The notes beneath the pieces were generated by a model. The model worked only from the letters and a program-made list of their open reading frames with translations, made no database searches and had not been told where the DNA came from. 64,000 nt of DNA from Eledone cirrhosa. Taxonomy: Eukaryota. The first letter of the stretch is position 1. Every line of letters starts with the position of its first letter. The stretch covers positions 10,726,001 through 10,790,000 of the forward strand of contig OZ024741.1 of assembly GCA_964016885.1 (NCBI GenBank), written 5' to 3'. The position numbers were made by a program, and so were the translations under genes. Below, piece by piece: positions 31,401 to 46,700 of the stretch.

Positions 31401-34400
31401 ACTGGACATCTAAGGTCAGATCTCTAGACTGGACAACTAAGGTCAGGTCTCTAGACTGGACATCTATGGTCAGATCTCTAGACTGGACATCTATGGTCAG
31501 ATCTCTAGACTGGACATCTAAGGTCAGGTCTCTAGACTGGACATCTAAGGTCAGGTCTCTAGAATGGATATGTAAGGTCAGATCTCTAGACTGGACATCT
31601 AAGGTCGGATCTCTAGACTGGACATCTAAGGTCAGGTCTCTAGACTGGACATCTAAGGTCAGGTCTCTAGACTGCACATCTAAGGTCAGATCTCTAGACT
31701 GGACATCTAAGGTCAGATCTCTAGACTGGACATCTAAGGTCAGATCTCTAGACTGGACATCTAAGATCAGTTCTCTAGACGGCACATCTAAGGTCAGGTC
31801 TCTAGACTGGACATCTAAGGTTAGATCTCTAGACTGGACATCTAAGGTCAGATCTCTAGACTGGACATCTAAGGTCAGATCTCTAGACTGGACATCTAAG
31901 ATCAGTTCTCTAGACTGGACATCTAAGGTCAGATTTCTAGACTGGACATCTAAGGTCAGATCTCTAGACTGGACATCTAAGATCAGTTCTCTAGACTGGA
32001 CATCTAAGGTCAGATCTCTAGACTGGACATCTAAGGTCAGGTCTCTAGAGTGCACATCTAAGGTCAGTTCTCTAGACTGGACATTTAAGGTCAGATCTCT
32101 AGACTGGACATCTAAGTCACGTCTCTAGACTGGACATCTAAGGTCAGGTCTCCAGAGTGCACATCTAAGGTCAGTTCTCTAGACTGGACATCTAAGGTCA
32201 GATCTCTAGACTGGACATCTAAGTCACGTCTCTAGACTGGACATCTAAGGTCAGATCTCTAGAGTGCACATCTAAGGTCAGTTCTCTAGACTGGACATCT
32301 AAGGTCAGATCTCTAGACTGGACATCTAAGGTCAGATCTCTAGACTGGACATCTAAGGTCAGATCTCTAGACTGGACATCTAAGATCAGTTCTCTAGACT
32401 GGACATCTAAGGTCAGATCTCTAGACTGGACATCTAAGGTCAGGTCTATAGACTGGACATCTAAGGTCAGGTCTCTAGAGTGCACATCTAAGGTCAGTTC
32501 TCTAGACTGGACATCTAAGATCAGTTCTCTAGACTGGACATCTAAGGTCAGGTCTCTAAACTGGACATGTAAGGTCAGGTCTATAGACTGGACATCTAAG
32601 GTCAGGTCTCTAGAGTGCACATCTAAGGTCAGTTCTCTAGACTGGACATCTAAGATCATATCTCTAGACTGGACATCTAAGTCACGTCTCTAGACTGGAC
32701 ATCTAAGGTCAGGTCTCTAGACTGGACATCTAAGGTCAGGTCTCTAGACTGGACATCTAAGGTCAGATCTCTAGACTGGACATCTAATGTCAGATCTCTA
32801 GACTGGACATCTAAGGTCAGATCTCTAGACTGGACATCTAAGATCAGTTCTCTAGACTGGACATCTAAGGTCAGATCTCTAGACTGGACATCTAAGGTCA
32901 GGTCTATAGACTGGACATCTAAGGTCAGGTCTCTAGAGTGCACATCTAAGGTCAGTTCTCTAGACTGGACATCTAAGGTCAGATCTCTAGACTGGACATC
33001 TAAGTCACGTCTCTAGACTGGACATCTAAGGTCAGGTCTCTAGAGTGCACATCTAAGGTCAGGTCTCTAGACTGGACATCTAAGGTCAGATCTCTAGACT
33101 GGACATCTAAGGTCAGGTCTCTAGACTGGACATCTAAGGTCAGATCTCTAGACTGGACATCTAAGGTCAGATCTCTAGACTGGACATCTAAGATCAGTTC
33201 TCTAGACTGGACATCTAAGGTCAGATCTCTAGACTGGACATCTAAGGTCAGATCTCTAGACTGGACATCTAAGATCAGTTCTCTAGACTGGATATCTAAG
33301 GTCAGATCTCTAGACTGGACATCTAAGGTCAGGTCTCTAGACTGGACATCTAAGGTCAGGTCTCTAGAGTGCACATCTAAGGTCAGTTCTCTAGACTGGA
33401 CATCTAAGGTCAGATCTCTAGACTGGACATCTAAGGTCAGATCTCTAGACTGGACATCTAAGGTCAGATCTCTAGACTGGACATCTAAGATCAGTTCTCT
33501 AGACTGGACATCTAAGGTCAGATCTCTAGACTGGACATCTAAGGTCAGATCTCTAGACTGGACATCTAAGATCAGTTCTCTAGACTGGACATCTAAGGTC
33601 AGATCTCTAGACTGGACATCTAAGGTCAGGTCTCTAGACTGGACATCTAAGGTCAGGTCTCTAGAGTGCACATCTAAGGTCAGTTCTCTAGACTGGACAT
33701 CTAAGGTCAGATCTCTAGACTTGACATCTAAGTCACGTCTCTAGACTGGACATCTAAGGTCAGGTCTCTAGAGTGCACATCTAAGGTCAGGTCTCTAGAC
33801 TGGACATCTAAGGTCAGATCTCTAGACTGGACATCTAAGGTCAGGTCTCTAGACTGGACATCTAAGGTCAGGTCTCTAGACTGGACATCTAAGGTCAGGT
33901 CTCTAGACTGGACATCTAAGGTCAGTTCTCTAGACTGGACATCTAAGGTCAGGTCTCTTGACTGGACATCTAAGGTCAGATCTCTAGACTGGACAGCTAA
34001 GGTCAGGTCTCTAGACTGGACATCTAAGGTCAGGTCTCTAGACTGGACATATATTAAGGTCAGGTCTCTAGACTGGACATCTAAGGTCAGATCTCTAGAC
34101 TGGACATCTAAGGTCAGGTCTCTAGACTGGACATCTAAGGTCAGGTCTCTAGACTGGACATCTAAGGTCAGGTCTCTAGACTGGACATCTAAGGTCAGGT
34201 CTCATGACTGGACATCTAAGGTCAGTTCTCTAGACTGGACATCTAAGGTCAGATCTCTAGACTGGACATCTAAGGTCAGATCTCTAGACTGCACATTTAT
34301 TAACGTGAGGTCTCTAGACTGGACATCTAAGGTCAGATCTCTAGACTGGACATTTATTAACGTGAGGTCTCTAGACTGGACATCTAAGGTCAGGTCTCTA

Positions 34401-34990
34401 GACTGGACATCTAAGATCAGGTCTATAGACTGGACATCTAAGGTCGGGTCTCTAGACTGGACATCTAAGATCAGATCTCTAGACTGGACATCTAAGGTCA
34501 GGTCTCTAGACTGGACATCTAAGTTCAGGTCTCTAGACTGGACATCTAACATCAGGTCTCTAGACTGGACATCTAAGGTCCGTTCTCTAGACTGGACATC
34601 TAAGGTCAGGTCTCTAGACTGGACATCTAAGGTCAGGTCTCTAGACTGGACATCTAACATCGGGTCTCTAGACTGGACATCTAAGGTCAGGTCTATAGAC
34701 AGGACATCTAAGTTCAGGTCTCAAGACTGGACATGTAAGGTCAGGTCTCAAGACTGGACATGTAAGGTCAGGTCTCTAGACTGGACATCTAAGGTCAGGT
34801 CTCTAGACTGGACATCTAAGATCAGGTCTCTAGACTGGACATCTAAGATTCGGTCACTAGACTGGACATCTAAGGTCAGGTCTCTAGACTGGACATCTAA
34901 GATCAGGTCTCTAGACTGGACATCTAAGATTCGGTCTCTAGACTGGACATCTAAGGTCAGGCCTCTAGACTGGACATCTAAGATCAGGTC
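19450..34990 (+). repeat. ~7.75-7.8-kb tandem duplication within the satellite
   Basis: Matching variant strings at offsets 7,797 (19802/27599; 20515/28312), 7,770 (22757/30527) and 7,743 (24476/32219; 26459/34202). The offsets step by single 27-bp monomers. Confidence 0.9.
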
Positions 34991-37900
34991 TCTAGACTGG
35001 ACATATATAATGTCAGTTCTCTAGACTGGACATCTAAGGTCAGATCTCTAGACTGGACATCTAAGGTCAGATCTCTAGACTGGACAACTAAGGTCAGGTC
35101 TCTAGACTGGACATCTATGGTCAGATCTCTAGACTGGACATCTATGGTCAGATTTCTAGACTGGACATCTAAGGTCAGGTCTCTAGACTGGACATCTAAG
35201 GTCAGGTCTCTAGAATGGATATGTAAGGTCAGATCTCTAGACTGGACATCTAAGGTCAGATCTCTAGACTGTACATCTAAGGTCAGGTCTCTAGACTGGA
35301 CATCTAAGGTCAGGTCTCTAGACTGCACATCTAAGGTCAGATCTCTAGACTGGACATCTAAGGTCTGATCTCTAGACTGGACATCTAAGGTCAGATCTCT
35401 AGACTGGACATCTAAGATCAGTTCTCTAGACGGCACATCTAAGGTCAGATCTCTAGACTGGACATCTAAGGTCAGATCTCTAGACTGGACATCTAAGGTC
35501 AGATCTCTAGACTGGACATCTAAGGTCAGATCTCTAGACTGGACATCTAAGATCAGTTCTCTAGACTGGACATCTAAGGTCAGATTTCTAGACTGGACAT
35601 CTAAGGTCAGATCTCTAGACTGGACATCTAAGATCAGTTCTCTAGACTGGACATCTAAGGTCAGATCTCTAGACTGGACATCTAAGGTCAGGTCTCTAGA
35701 CTGGACATCTAAGGTCAGGTCTCTAGAGTGCACATCTAAGGTCAGTTCTCTAGACTGGACATTTAAGGTCAGATCTCTAGACTGGACATCTAAGTCACGT
35801 CTCTAGACTGGACATCTAAGGTCAGGTCTCCAGAGTGCACATCTAAGGTCAGTTCTCTAGACTGGACATCTAAGGTCAGATCTCTAGACTGGACATCTAA
35901 GTCACGTCTCTAGACTGGACATCTAAGGTCAGGTCTCTAGAGTGCACATCTAAGGTCAGTTCTCTAGACTGGACATCTAAGGTCAGATCTCTAGACTGGA
36001 CATCTAAGGTCAGATCTCTAGACTGGACATCTAAGGTCAGATCTCTAGACTGGACATCTAAGATCAGTTCTCTAGACTGGACATCTAAGGTCAGATCTCT
36101 AGACTGGACATCTAAGGTCAGGTCTATAGACTGGACATCTAAGGTCAGGTCTCTAGAGTGCACATCTAAGGTCAGTTCTCTAGACTGGACATCTAAGATT
36201 AGTTCTCTAGACTGGACATCTAAGGTCAGATCTCTAAACTGGACATCTAAGGTCAGGTCTATAGACTGGACATCTAAGATCAGGTCTCTAGAGTGCACAT
36301 CTAAGGTCAGTTCTCTAGACTGGACATCTAAGATCAGATCTCTAGACTGGACATCTAAGTCACGTCTCTAGACTGGACATCTAAGGTCAGGTCTCTAGAC
36401 TGGACATCTAAGGTCAGGTCTCTAGACTGGACATCTAAGGTCAGATCTCTAGACTGGACATCTAAGGTCAGATCTCTAGACTGGACATCTAAGGTCAGAT
36501 CTCTAGACTGGACATCTAAGATCAGTTCTCTAGACTGGACATCTAAGGTCAGATCTCTAGACTGGACATCTAAGGTCAGGTCTATAGACTGGACATCTAA
36601 GGTCAGGTCTCTAGAGTGCACATCTAAGGTCAGTTCTCTAGACTGGACATCTAAGTTCAGATCTCTAGACTGGACATCTAAGTCACGTCTCTAGACTGGA
36701 CATCTAAGGTCAGGTCTCTAGAGTGCACATCTAAGGTCAGGTCTCTAGACTGGACATCTAAGGTCAGATCTCTAGACTGGACATCTAAGGTCAGGTCTCT
36801 AGACTGGACATCTAAGGTCAGATCTCTAGACTGGACATCTAAGGTCAGATCTCTAGACTGGACATCTAAGATCAGTTCTCTAGACTGGACATCTAAGGTC
36901 AGATCTCTAGACTGGACATCTAAGGTCAGATCTCTAGACTGGACATCTAAGATCAGTTCTCTAGACTGGACATCTAACGTCAGATCTCTAGACTGGACAT
37001 CTAAGGTCAGGTCTCTAGACTGGACATCTAAGGTCAGGTCTCTAGAGTGCACATCTAAGGTCAGTTCTCTAGACTGGACATCTAAGGTCAGATCTCTAGA
37101 CTGGACATCTAAGCTCAGATCTCTAGACTGGACATCTAAGCTCAGATCTCTAGACTGGACATCTAAGATCAGTTCTCTAGACTGGACATCTAAGGTCAGA
37201 TCTCTAGAGTGCACATCTAAGGTCAGTTCTCTAGACTGGACATCTAAGGTCAGATCTCTAGACTTGACATCTAAGTCACGTCTCTAGACTGGACATCTAA
37301 GGTCAGGTCTCTAGAGTGCACATCTAAGGTCAGGTCTCTAGACTGGACATCTAAGGTCAGATCTCTAGACTGGACATCTAAGGTCAGGTCTCTAGACTGG
37401 ACATCTAAGGTCAGGTCTCTAGACTGGACATCTAAGGTCAGGTCTCTAGACTGGACATCTAAGGTCAGTTCTCTAGACTGGACATCTAAGATCAGGTCTC
37501 TTGACTGGACATCTAAGGTCAGATCTGTAGACTGGACAGCTAAGGTCAGGTCTCTAGACTGGACATCTAAGGTCAGGTCTCTAGACTGGACATATATTAA
37601 GGTCAGGTCTCTAGACTGGACATCTAAGGTCAGATCTCTAGACTGGACATCTAAGGTCAGGTCTCTAGACTGGAGATCTAAGGTCAGGTCTCTAGACTGG
37701 ACATCTAAGGTCAGGTCTCTAGACTGGACATCTAAGGTCAGGTCTCATGACTGGACATCTAAGGTCAGTTCTCTAGACTGGACATCTAAGGTCAGATCTC
37801 TAGACTGGACATCTAAGGTCAGATCTCTAGACTGCACATTTATTAACGTGAGGTCTCTAGACTGGACATCTAAGGTCAGATCTCTAGACTGGACATTTAT

Positions 37901-40900
37901 TAACGTGAGGTCTCTAGACTGGACATCTAAGGTCAGTTCTCTAGACTGGACATCTAAGGTCAGATCTTTAGATTGGACATCTAAGGTCAGTTCTCTAGAG
38001 TGGATATCTAAGGTCAGATCTCTAGACTGGACATCTAAGTCACGTCTCTAGACTGGACATCTAAGGTCAGATCTCTAGAGTGCACATCTAAGGTCAGTTC
38101 TCTAGACTGGACATCTAAGGTCAGATCTCTAGACTGGACATCTAAGGTCAGATCTCTAGACTGGACATCTAAGGTCAGATCTCTAGACTGGACATCTAAG
38201 ATCAGTTCTCTAGACTGGATATGTAAGGTCAGATCTCTAGACTGGACATCTAAGGTCAGATCTCTAGACTGTACATCTAAGGTCAGGTCTCTAGACTGGA
38301 CATCTAAGGTCAGGTCTCTAGACTGCACATCTAAGGTCAGATCTCTAGACTGGACATCTAAGGTCTGATCTCTAGACTGGACATCTAAGGTCAGATCTCT
38401 AGACTGGACATCTAAGATCAGTTCTCTAGACGGCACATCTAAGGTCAGATCTCTAGACTGGACATCTAAGGTCAGATCTCTAGACTGGACATCTAAGGTC
38501 AGATCTCTAGACTGGACATCTAAGGTCAGATCTCTAGACTGGACATCTAAGGTCAGGTCTCTAGACTGGACATCTAAGGTCAGATCTCTAGACTGGACAT
38601 CTAATGTCAGATCTCTAGACTGGACATCTAAGGTCAGATCTCTAGACTGGACATCTAAGATCAGTTCTCTAGACTGGACATCTAAGGTCAGATCTCTAGA
38701 CTGGACATCTAAGGTCAGGTCTATAGACTGGACATCTAAGGTCAGGTCTCTAGAGTGCACATCTAAGGTCAGTTCTCTAGACTGGACATCTAAGGTCAGA
38801 TCTCTAGACTGGACATCTAAGTCACGTCTCTAGACTGGACATCTAAGGTCAGGTCTCTAGAGTGCACATCTAAGGTCAGGTCTCTAGACTGGACATCTAA
38901 GGTCAGATCTCTAGACTGGACATCTAAGGTCAGGTCTCTAGACTGGACATCTAAGGTCAGATCTCTAGACTGGACATCTAAGGTCAGATCTCTAGACTGG
39001 ACATCTAAGATCAGTTCTCTAGACTGGACATCTAAGGTCAGATCTCTAGACTGGACATCTAAGGTCAGATCTCTAGACTGGACATCTAAGATCAGTTCTC
39101 TAGACTGGACATCTAAGGTCAGATCTCTAGACTGGACATCTAAGGTCAGGTCTCTAGACTGGACATCTAAGGTCAGGTCTCTAGAGTGCACATCTAAGGT
39201 CAGTTCTCTAGACTGGACATCTAAGGTCAGATCTCTAGACTGGACATCTAAGGTCAGATCTCTAGACTGGACATCTAAGGTCAGATCTCTAGACTGGACA
39301 TCTAAGATCAGTTCTCTAGACTGGACATCTAAGGTCAGATCTCTAGACTGGACATCTAAGGTCAGATCTCTAGACTGGACATCTAAGATCAGTTCTCTAG
39401 ACTGGACATCTAAGGTCAGATCTCTAGACTGGACATCTAAGGTCAGGTCTCTAGACTGGACATCTAAGGTCAGGTCTCTAGAGTGCACATCTAAGGTCAG
39501 TTCTCTAGACTGGACATCTAAGGTCAGATCTCTAGACTTGACATCTAAGTCACGTCTCTAGACTGGACATCTAAGGTCAGGTCTCTAGAGTGCACATCTA
39601 AGGTCAGGTCTCTAGACTGGACATCTAAGGTCAGATCTCTAGACTGGACATCTAAGGTCAGGTCTCTAGACTGGACATCTAAGGTCAGGTCTCTAGACTG
39701 GACATCTAAGGTCAGGTCTCTAGACTGGACATCTAAGGTCAGTTCTCTAGACTGGACATCTAAGGTCAGGTCTCTTGACTGGACATCTAAGGTCAGATCT
39801 CTAGACTGGACAGCTAAGGTCAGGTCTCTAGACTGGACATCTAAGGTCAGGTCTCTAGACTGGACATATATTAAGGTCAGGTCTCTAGACTGGACATCTA
39901 AGGTCAGATCTCTAGACTGGACATCTAAGGTCAGGTCTCTAGACTGGACATCTAAGGTCAGGTCTCTAGACTGGACATCTAAGGTCAGGTCTCATGACTG
40001 GACATCTAAGGTCAGTTCTCTAGACTGGACATCTAAGGTCAGATCTCTAGACTGGACATCTAAGGTCAGATCTCTAGACTGCACATTTATTAACGTGAGG
40101 TCTCTAGACTGGACATCTAAGGTCAGATCTCTAGACTGGACATTTATTAACGTGAGGTCTCTAGACTGGACATCTAAGGTCAGGTCTCTAGACTGGACAT
40201 CTAAGATCAGGTCTATAGACTGGACATCTAAGGTCGGGTCTCTAGACTGGACATCTAAGATCAGATCTCTAGACTGGACATCTAAGGTCAGGTCTCTAGA
40301 CTGGACATCTAAGTTCAGGTCTCTAGACTGGACATCTAACATCAGGTCTCTAGACTGGACATCTAAGGTCCGTTCTCTAGACTGGACATCTAAGGTCAGG
40401 TCTCTAGACTGGACATCTAAGGTCAGGTCTCTAGACTGGACATCTAACATCGGGTCTCTAGACTGGACATCTAAGGTCAGGTCTATAGACAGGACATCTA
40501 AGTTCAGGTCTCAAGACTGGACATGTAAGGTCAGGTCTCAAGACTGGACATGTAAGGTCAGGTCTCTAGACTGGACATCTAAGGTCAGGTCTCTAGACTG
40601 GACATCTAAGATCAGGTCTCTAGACTGGACATCTAAGATTCGGTCACTAGACTGGACATCTAAGGTCAGGTCTCTAGACTGGACATCTAAGATCAGGTCT
40701 CTAGACTGGACATCTAAGATTCGGTCTCTAGACTGGACATCTAAGGTCAGGCCTCTAGACTGGACATCTAAGATCAGGTCTCTAGACTGGACATATATAA
40801 TGTCAGTTCTCTAGACTGGACATCTAAGGTCAGATCTCTAGACTGGACATCTAAGGTCAGATCTCTAGACTGGACAACTAAGGTCAGGTCTCTAGACTGG

Positions 40901-43790
40901 ACATCTATGGTCAGATCTCTAGACTGGACATCTATGGTCAGATTTCTAGACTGGACATCTAAGGTCAGGTCTCTAGACTGGACATCTAAGGTCAGGTCTC
41001 TAGAATGGATATGTAAGGTCAGATCTCTAGACTGGACATCTAAGGTCAGATCTCTAGACTGTACATCTAAGGTCAGGTCTCTAGACTGGACATCTAAGGT
41101 CAGGTCTCTAGACTGCACATCTAAGGTCAGATCTCTAGACTGGACATCTAAGGTCTGATCTCTAGACTGGACATCTAAGGTCAGATCTCTAGACTGGACA
41201 TCTAAGATCAGTTCTCTAGACGGCACATCTAAGGTCAGATCTCTAGACTGGACATCTAAGGTCAGATCTCTAGACTGGACATCTAAGGTCAGATCTCTAG
41301 ACTGGACATCTAAGGTCAGATCTCTAGACTGGACATCTAAGATCAGTTCTCTAGACTGGACATCTAAGGTCAGATTTCTAGACTGGACATCTAAGGTCAG
41401 ATCTCTAGACTGGACATCTAAGATCAGTTCTCTAGACTGGACATCTAAGGTCAGATCTCTAGACTGGACATCTAAGGTCAGGTCTCTAGACTGGACATCT
41501 AAGGTCAGGTCTCTAGAGTGCACATCTAAGGTCAGTTCTCTAGACTGGACATTTAAGGTCAGATCTCTAGACTGGACATCTAAGTCACGTCTCTAGACTG
41601 GACATCTAAGGTCAGGTCTCCAGAGTGCACATCTAAGGTCAGTTCTCTAGACTGGACATCTAAGGTCAGATCTCTAGACTGGACATCTAAGTCACGTCTC
41701 TAGACTGGACATCTAAGGTCAGGTCTCTAGAGTGCACATCTAAGGTCAGTTCTCTAGACTGGACATCTAAGGTCAGATCTCTAGACTGGACATCTAAGGT
41801 CAGATCTCTAGACTGGACATCTAAGGTCAGATCTCTAGACTGGACATCTAAGATCAGTTCTCTAGACTGGACATCTAAGGTCAGATCTCTAGACTGGACA
41901 TCTAAGGTCAGGTCTATAGACTGGACATCTAAGGTCAGGTCTCTAGAGTGCACATCTAAGGTCAGTTCTCTAGACTGGACATCTAAGATTAGTTCTCTAG
42001 ACTGGACATCTAAGGTCAGATCTCTAAACTGGACATCTAAGGTCAGGTCTATAGACTGGACATCTAAGGTCAGGTCTCTAGAGTGCACATCTAAGGTCAG
42101 TTCTCTAGACTGGACATCTAAGATCAGATCTCTAGACTGGACATCTAAGTCACGTCTCTAGACTGGACATCTAAGGTCAGGTCTCTAGACTGGACATCTA
42201 AGGTCAGGTCTCTAGACTGGACATCTAAGGTCAGATCTCTAGACTGGACATCTAAGGTCAGATCTCTAGACTGGACATCTAAGATCAGTTCTCTAGACTG
42301 GACATCTAAGGTCAGATCTCTAGACTGGACATCTAAGGTCAGGTCTATAGACTGGACATCTAAGGTCAGGTCTCTAGAGTGCACATCTAAGGTCAGTTCT
42401 CTAGACTGGACATCTAAGGTCAGATCTCTAGACTGGACATCTAAGTCACGTCTCTAGACTGGACATCTAAGGTCAGGTCTCTAGAGTGCACATCTAAGGT
42501 CAGGTCTCTAGACTGGACATCTAAGGTCAGATCTCTAGACTGGACATCTAAGGTCAGGTCTCTAGACTGGACATCTAAGGTCAGATCTCTAGACTGGACA
42601 TCTAAGGTCAGATCTCTAGACTGGACATCTAAGATCAGTTCTCTAGACTGGACATCTAAGGTCAGATCTCTAGACTGGACATCTAAGGTCAGATCTCTAG
42701 ACTGGACATCTAAGATCAGTTCTCTAGACTGGACATCTAACGTCAGATCTCTAGACTGGACATCTAAGGTCAGGTCTCTAGACTGGACATCTAAGGTCAG
42801 GTCTCTAGAGTGCACATCTAAGGTCAGTTCTCTAGACTGGACATCTAAGGTCAGATCTCTAGACTGGACATCTAAGCTCAGATCTCTAGACTGGACATCT
42901 AAGCTCAGATCTCTAGACTGGACATCTAAGATCAGTTCTCTAGACTGGACATCTAAGGTCAGATCTCTAGAGTGCACATCTAAGGTCAGTTCTCTAGACT
43001 GGACATCTAAGGTCAGATCTCTAGACTTGACATCTAAGTCACGTCTCTAGACTGGACATCTAAGGTCAGGTCTCTAGAGTGCACATCTAAGGTCAGGTCT
43101 CTAGACTGGACATCTAAGGTCAGATCTCTAGACTGGACATCTAAGGTCAGGTCTCTAGACTGGACATCTAAGGTCAGGTCTCTAGACTGGACATCTAAGG
43201 TCAGGTCTCTAGACTGGACATCTAAGGTCAGTTCTCTAGACTGGACATCTAAGATCAGGTCTCTTGACTGGACATCTAAGGTCAGATCTGTAGACTGGAC
43301 ATCTAAGGTCAGGTCTCTAGACTGGACATCTAAGGTCAGGTCTCTAGACTGGACATATATTAAGGTCAGGTCTCTAGACTGGACATCTAAGGTCAGATCT
43401 CTAGACTGGACATCTAAGGTCAGGTCTCTAGACTGGAGATCTAAGGTCAGGTCTCTAGACTGGACATCTAAGGTCAGGTCTCTAGACTGGACATCTAAGG
43501 TCAGGTCTCATGACTGGACATCTAAGGTCAGTTCTCTAGACTGGACATCTAAGGTCAGATCTCTAGACTGGACATCTAAGGTCAGATCTCTAGACTGCAC
43601 ATTTATTAACGTGAGGTCTCTAGACTGGACATCTAAGGTCAGATCTCTAGACTGGACATTTATTAACGTGAGGTCTCTAGACTGGACATCTAAGGTCAGT
43701 TCTCTAGACTGGACATCTAAGGTCAGATCTTTAGATTGGACATCTAAGGTCAGTTCTCTAGAGTGGATATCTAAGGTCAGGTCTCTAGAC
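32740..43790 (+). repeat. ~5.8-kb duplication within the satellite
   Basis: Offsets 5,817 (33000/38817), 5,790 (34202/39992; 34984/40774) and 5,763 (36678/42441; 37848/43611). Confidence 0.85.
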
Positions 43791-46700
43791 TGGACATCTA
43801 AGGTCAGATCTTTAGATTGGACATATATTAAGGTCAGGTCTCTAGACTGGACAGCTAAGGTCAGGTCCCTAGACTGGACATCTAAGGTCAGGTCTCTAGA
43901 CTGGACATCTAAGGTCAGATCTCTAGACTGGACATCTAAGGTCAGATCTCTAGACTGGACATCTAAGGTCAGGTCTCTAGACTGGACATCTAAGGTCAGG
44001 TCTCTAGACTGGACATCTAAGGTCAGATCTCTAGACTGGACATCTAAGGTCAGATCTCTAGACTGGACATCTAAGGTCAGGTCTCTAGACTGGACATCTA
44101 AGGTCAGATCTCTAGACAGCACATCTAAGGTGAGGTCTCTAGACTAGACATATATAATGTCAGTTCTCTAGAGTGGACATCTAATGTCAGGTCTGTCTCT
44201 AGACTGGACATCTAAGGTCAGATCTCTAGACTGGACATTTATTAACGTGAGGTCTCTAGACTGGACATCTAAGGTCAGTTCTCTAGACTGGACATCTAAG
44301 GTCAGATCTTTAGATTGGACATCTAAGGTCAGGTCCCTAGACTGGACATCTAAGGTCAGGTCTCTAGACTGGACATCTAAGGTCAGATCTCTAGACTGGA
44401 CATCTAAGGTCAGGTCTCTAGACTGGACATGTAAGGTCAGGTCTCTAGACTGGACATCTAAGGTCAGGTCTCTAGACTGGACATCTAAGGTCAGATCTCT
44501 AGACTGGACATCTAAGGTCAGGTCTCTAGACTGGACATGTAATGTCAGGTCTCTAGACTGGACATCTAAGGTCAGATCTCTAGACTGGACATCTATGGTC
44601 AGATCTCTAGACTGGACATCTAAGGTCAGGACTATAGACTGGACATCTAAGGTCAGGTCTCTAGACTGGACATCTACGGTCAGATCTCTAGAATGGACAT
44701 CTAAGGTCAGGTCTCTAGACTGGACATCTAAGGTCAGATCTCTAGACTGGACATCTAAGGTCAGGTCTCTAGACTGGACATCTAAGGTCAGGTCTCTAGA
44801 CTGGACATCTAAGGTCAGGTCTCCAGAGTGCACATCTAAGGTCAGTTCTCTAGACTGGACATCTAAGGTCAGATCTCTAGACTGGACATCTAAGTCACGT
44901 CTCTAGACTGGACATCTAAGGTCAGGTCTCTAGAGTGCACATCTAAGGTCAGTTCTCTAGACTGGACATCTAAGGTCAGGTCTCTAGACTGGACATCTGA
45001 GGTCAGGTCTCTAGACTGGACATCTAAGGTCAGATCTCTAGACTGGACATCTAAGATCAGTTCTCTAGACTGGACATCTAAGGTCAGATCTCTAGACTGG
45101 ACATCTAAGGTCAGGTCTATAGACTGGACATCTAAGGTCAGGACTCTAGAGTGCACATCTAAGGTCAGTTCTCTAGACTGGACATCTAAGATCAGTTCTC
45201 TAGACTGGACATCTAAGGTCAGATCTCTAAACTGGACATCTAAGGTCAGGTCTATAGACTGGACATCTAAGGTCAGGTCTCTAGAGTGCACATCTAAGGT
45301 CAGTTCTCTAGACTGGACATCTAAGGTCAGATCTCTAGACTGGACATCTAAGTCACGTCTCTAGACTGGACATCTAAGGTCAGGTCTCTAGACTGGACAT
45401 CTAAGGTCAGTTCTCTAGACTGGACATCTAAGGTCAGATCTCTAGACTGGACATCTAAGGTCAGATCTCTAGACTGGACATCTAAGATCAGTTCTCTAGA
45501 CTGGACATCTAAGGTCAGATCTCTAGACTGGACATCTAAGGTCAGGTCTATAGACTGGACATCTAAGGTCAGGTCTCTAGAGTGCACATCTAAGGTCAGT
45601 TCTCTAGACTGGACATCTAAGGTCAGATCTCTAGAGTGCACATCTAAGGTCAGGTCTCTAGACTGGACATCTAAGGTCAGATCTCTAGACTGGACATCTA
45701 AGGTCAGGTCTCTAGACTGGACATCTAAGGTCAGATCTCTAGACTGGACATCTAAGGTCAGATCTCTAGACTGGACATCTAAGATCAGTTCTCTAGACTG
45801 GACATCTAAGGTCAGATCTCTAGACTGGACATCTAAGGTCAGATCTCTAGATTGGACATCTAAGATCAGTTCTCTAGACTGGACATCTAAGGTCAGATCT
45901 CTAGACTGGACATCTAAGGTCAGGTCTCTAGACTGGACATCTAAGGTCAGGTCTCTAGAGTGCACATCTAAGGTCAGTTCTCTAGACTGGACATCTAAGG
46001 TCAGATCTCTAGACTGGACATCTAAGGTCAGATCTCTAGACTGGACATCTAAGGTCAGATCTCTAGACTGGACATCTAAGATCAGTTCTCTAGACTGGAC
46101 ATCTAAGGTCAGATCTCTAGACTGTACATCTAAGGTCAGATCTCTAGACTGGACACCTAAGATCAGTTCTCTAGACTGGACATCTAAGGTCAGATCTCTA
46201 GACTGGACATCTAAGGTCAGGTCTCTAGACTGGACATCTAAGGTCAGGTCTCTAGAGTGCACATCTAAGGTCAGTTCTCTAGACTGGACATCTAAGGTCA
46301 GATCTCTAGACTTGACATCTAAGTCACGTCTCTAGACTGGACATCTAAGGTCAGGTCTCTAGAGTGCACATCTAAGGTCAGGTCTCTAGACTGGACATCT
46401 AAGGTCAGATCTCTAGACTGGACATCTAAGGTCAGTTCTCTAGACTGGACATCTAAGGTCAGATCTTTAGATTGGACATCTAAGGTCAGGTCCCTAGACT
46501 GGACATCTAAGGTCAGGTCTCTAGACTGGACATCTAAGGTCAGATCTCTAGACTGGACATCTAAGGTCAGGTCTCTAGACTGGACATGTAAGGTCAGGTC
46601 TCTAGACTGGACATCTAAGGTCAGGTCTCTAGACTGGACATCTAAGGTCAGATCTCTAGACTGGACATCTAAGGTCAGGTCTCTAGACTGGACATGTAAT